From Candidatus Hydrogenedens sp. (GTDB lineage Bacteria > Hydrogenedentota > Hydrogenedentia > Hydrogenedentales > Hydrogenedentaceae): a stretch of DNA of 838 nt. This document shows, piece by piece, positions 1-838 of this stretch (positions are counted from its first letter, which is position 1; every line of letters starts with the position of its first letter). The stretch lies in assembly GCA_049968235.1 (NCBI GenBank), contig JBMFRC010000045.1, positions 1 to 838 on the forward strand, in the 5' to 3' direction. The position numbers and the translations under genes are program-made. Below the pieces are notes generated by a model, which worked only from the letters and a program-made list of their open reading frames with translations, searched no databases and was not told where the DNA came from.

Positions 1-13
1 TACTTAAGTGATT

Positions 14-21
14 AAAGGAGG
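14..21 (+). promoter_or_regulatory. Ribosome-binding site (Shine-Dalgarno AAAGGAGG) for the thymidylyltransferase gene
   Basis: Seen in sequence: AAAGGAGG at 14-21 is a near-perfect complement of the 16S rRNA 3' end. It lies 4 nt upstream of ATG 26-28, which is typical spacing for low-GC Gram-positive genes. Its position inside the GTG-8 reading frame argues that the ORF-track start at 8 is an over-extension. Confidence 0.8.
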
Positions 22-25
22 AAAA

Positions 26-757
26 ATGAAAGGAATAGTTTTAGCGGGTGGGACAGGTTCTAGGTTAAAACCTTTAACAAACGTAACAAATAAGCATCTT
101 TTACCTGTTGGCAGGAATCCTATGATTTTTTATCCTATTTACAGGTTGAAGCAAGCAGGAATAACTGAAATTCTTGTCGTAACAGGAAGGGAACATATGG
201 GAGATGTGATGGAACTTCTTGGAAGTGGGAGTGAGTTTGGCGTTGACTTTACATTTAAAGTACAGGATACAGCTGGAGGTATTGCTGAGGCTCTTGGTTT
301 GGCGAGACATTTTGTTAATGGAGATAGGTGTGTTGTTATTCTTGGAGACAATATTTTTGAGGATAACATTAAGCCTTTTGTAGAATCGTTTGTAAATCAA
401 GAAAGTGGTGCAAAAGTACTTTTGAAGGAAGTTCCCGATCCTCAAAGATTTGGCGTAGCAGAACTTAGAGATGGAAAGATTGTATCAATAGAGGAAAAAC
501 CAAAATACCCTAAAAGTAATTTCGCAGTAACAGGAATTTATATGTATGATTCAGAGGTGTTTGATATAATAAAAACATTAAAGCCATCTGCAAGGGGAGA
601 ACTTGAAATTACTGATGTAAATAATGCATACATAAGGAAAGGCACATTAACATATGATATTTTGAAAGGATGGTGGACTGACGCAGGAACACCAGAATCT
701 CTATTCAGAGCAAATGAGTTCTGTAAAGATTCAATCTTGGACTTTAAAAATGAGTAA
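26..757 (+). CDS. rmlA: Glucose-1-phosphate thymidylyltransferase, short form (RmlA/RfbA family, SpsI-like), 244 aa, complete
   Basis: ORF track 8..757, refined to ATG 26 because the Shine-Dalgarno sequence lies at 14-21. The translation starts MKGIVLAGGTGSRLKPLTNVTNKHLLPVGRNPMI. It carries the sugar-nucleotidyltransferase signature G-G-x-G-[ST]-R-L (GGTGSRL, nt 47-67). Other RmlA-family conserved blocks are present: LGDNIF (VVILGDNIFED), DPQRFGV, IEEKPKYPKSN (sugar-phosphate binding EKP motif), VTGIYMYD, KPSARGELEITDVN and WWTDAGT. Its length and sequence resemble the short ~245-aa thymidylyltransferases of Firmicutes (for example B. subtilis SpsI, recalled from memory) rather than the ~290-aa E. 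coli RmlA. The next gene downstream is rmlC. The stop codon is TAA 755-757. Confidence 0.94.
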   Translation: MKGIVLAGGTGSRLKPLTNVTNKHLLPVGRNPMIFYPIYRLKQAGITEILVVTGREHMGDVMELLGSGSEFGVDFTFKVQDTAGGIAEALGLARHFVNGDRCVVILGDNIFEDNIKPFVESFVNQESGAKVLLKEVPDPQRFGVAELRDGKIVSIEEKPKYPKSNFAVTGIYMYDSEVFDIIKTLKPSARGELEITDVNNAYIRKGTLTYDILKGWWTDAGTPESLFRANEFCKDSILDFKNE

Positions 758-838
758 GTTTAAAATAATAGAGACACCAATAAAAGATCTCTTGATAATA
801 GAAACAAGGATATTTAAAGACGAAAGAGGTTTCTTTAT
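750..838 (+). CDS. rmlC: dTDP-4-dehydrorhamnose 3,5-epimerase (RmlC/RfbC), N-terminal 29 codons, truncated at window end
   Basis: ATG at 750-752 is in frame +3. The translation to the window end is MSKFKIIETPIKDLLIIETRIFKDERGFF with no stop codon. The block IIETxI...L.IIE...F.DERGFF matches the conserved N-terminus of RmlC cupin epimerases (compare MKIIETxIxGLLIIEPKVFGDERGFF). The start overlaps the rmlA stop (ATGAGTAA, 750-757), an arrangement typical of translationally coupled operon genes. The six-frame track omitted it because the ORF is open-ended and short within this window. Confidence 0.82.
   Translation, partial: MSKFKIIETPIKDLLIIETRIFKDERGFF

Noticed and set aside
197-208. Internal ATG codons (HMGDVM region) as possible alternative starts
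   Set aside because: They are in frame within a contiguous conserved RmlA domain whose N-terminal GGxGTRL loop lies upstream and is essential. They are ordinary internal methionines.
139-369. Minus-strand 76-aa ORF (MLSSKILSPRITTHLSPL...)
   Set aside because: It is nested antisense inside rmlA and overlaps the other spurious ORF in a different frame. It has no Shine-Dalgarno sequence and no family resemblance, and the S/P/T-rich composition reflects the complement of the coding strand. It is not a real gene.
101-445. Minus-strand 114-aa ORF (MRIGNFLQKYFCTTFL...)
   Set aside because: It lies entirely antisense within the well-supported rmlA CDS. The low-complexity, K/N/F/I-rich translation is typical of the reverse strand of AT-rich coding DNA. 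It has no recognisable motifs and no ribosome-binding site, so it is almost certainly a spurious antisense ORF.
1-838. Possibility of a hidden novel system (defence island, toxin-antitoxin, CRISPR, mobile element, riboswitch)
   Set aside because: The window is fully accounted for by one complete and one partial gene of a conserved housekeeping sugar-nucleotide pathway, on one strand and tightly packed. There are no direct or inverted repeats of note, no non-coding space beyond a 25-nt leader, no shift in composition and no orphan ORFs. Calling it novel would be unsupported.
758-838. Intergenic region or Rho-independent terminator after the rmlA stop
   Set aside because: The rmlC coding frame begins at 750 and continues to the window end. 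There is no GC-rich stem-loop followed by a T-tract. The A/T-rich sequence here is simply rmlC coding sequence.

Overview
This 838-nt window is low-GC and Firmicutes-like, and it holds an ordinary piece of a dTDP-L-rhamnose biosynthesis (rml/rfb) operon. A strong Shine-Dalgarno sequence (AAAGGAGG, 14-21) sits upstream of one complete CDS (26-757, +). That CDS encodes a short-form (244 aa) glucose-1-phosphate thymidylyltransferase (RmlA/RfbA, SpsI-like). Its stop codon overlaps by 8 nt the start (ATG at 750) of a second, truncated + strand CDS. The N-terminus of that CDS, MSKFKIIETPIKDLLIIETRIFKDERGFF, is characteristic of dTDP-4-dehydrorhamnose 3,5-epimerase (RmlC/RfbC). The six-frame ORF track did not list this second gene because it runs off the window end. 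The two minus-strand ORFs are antisense artefacts nested inside rmlA. I found no mobile elements, repeats, CRISPR, RNA genes or terminators. I see no sign of a novel system in this window. The points worth a second look are the short-form architecture of RmlA, the overlapping (translationally coupled) rmlA/rmlC junction and start-codon refinements.
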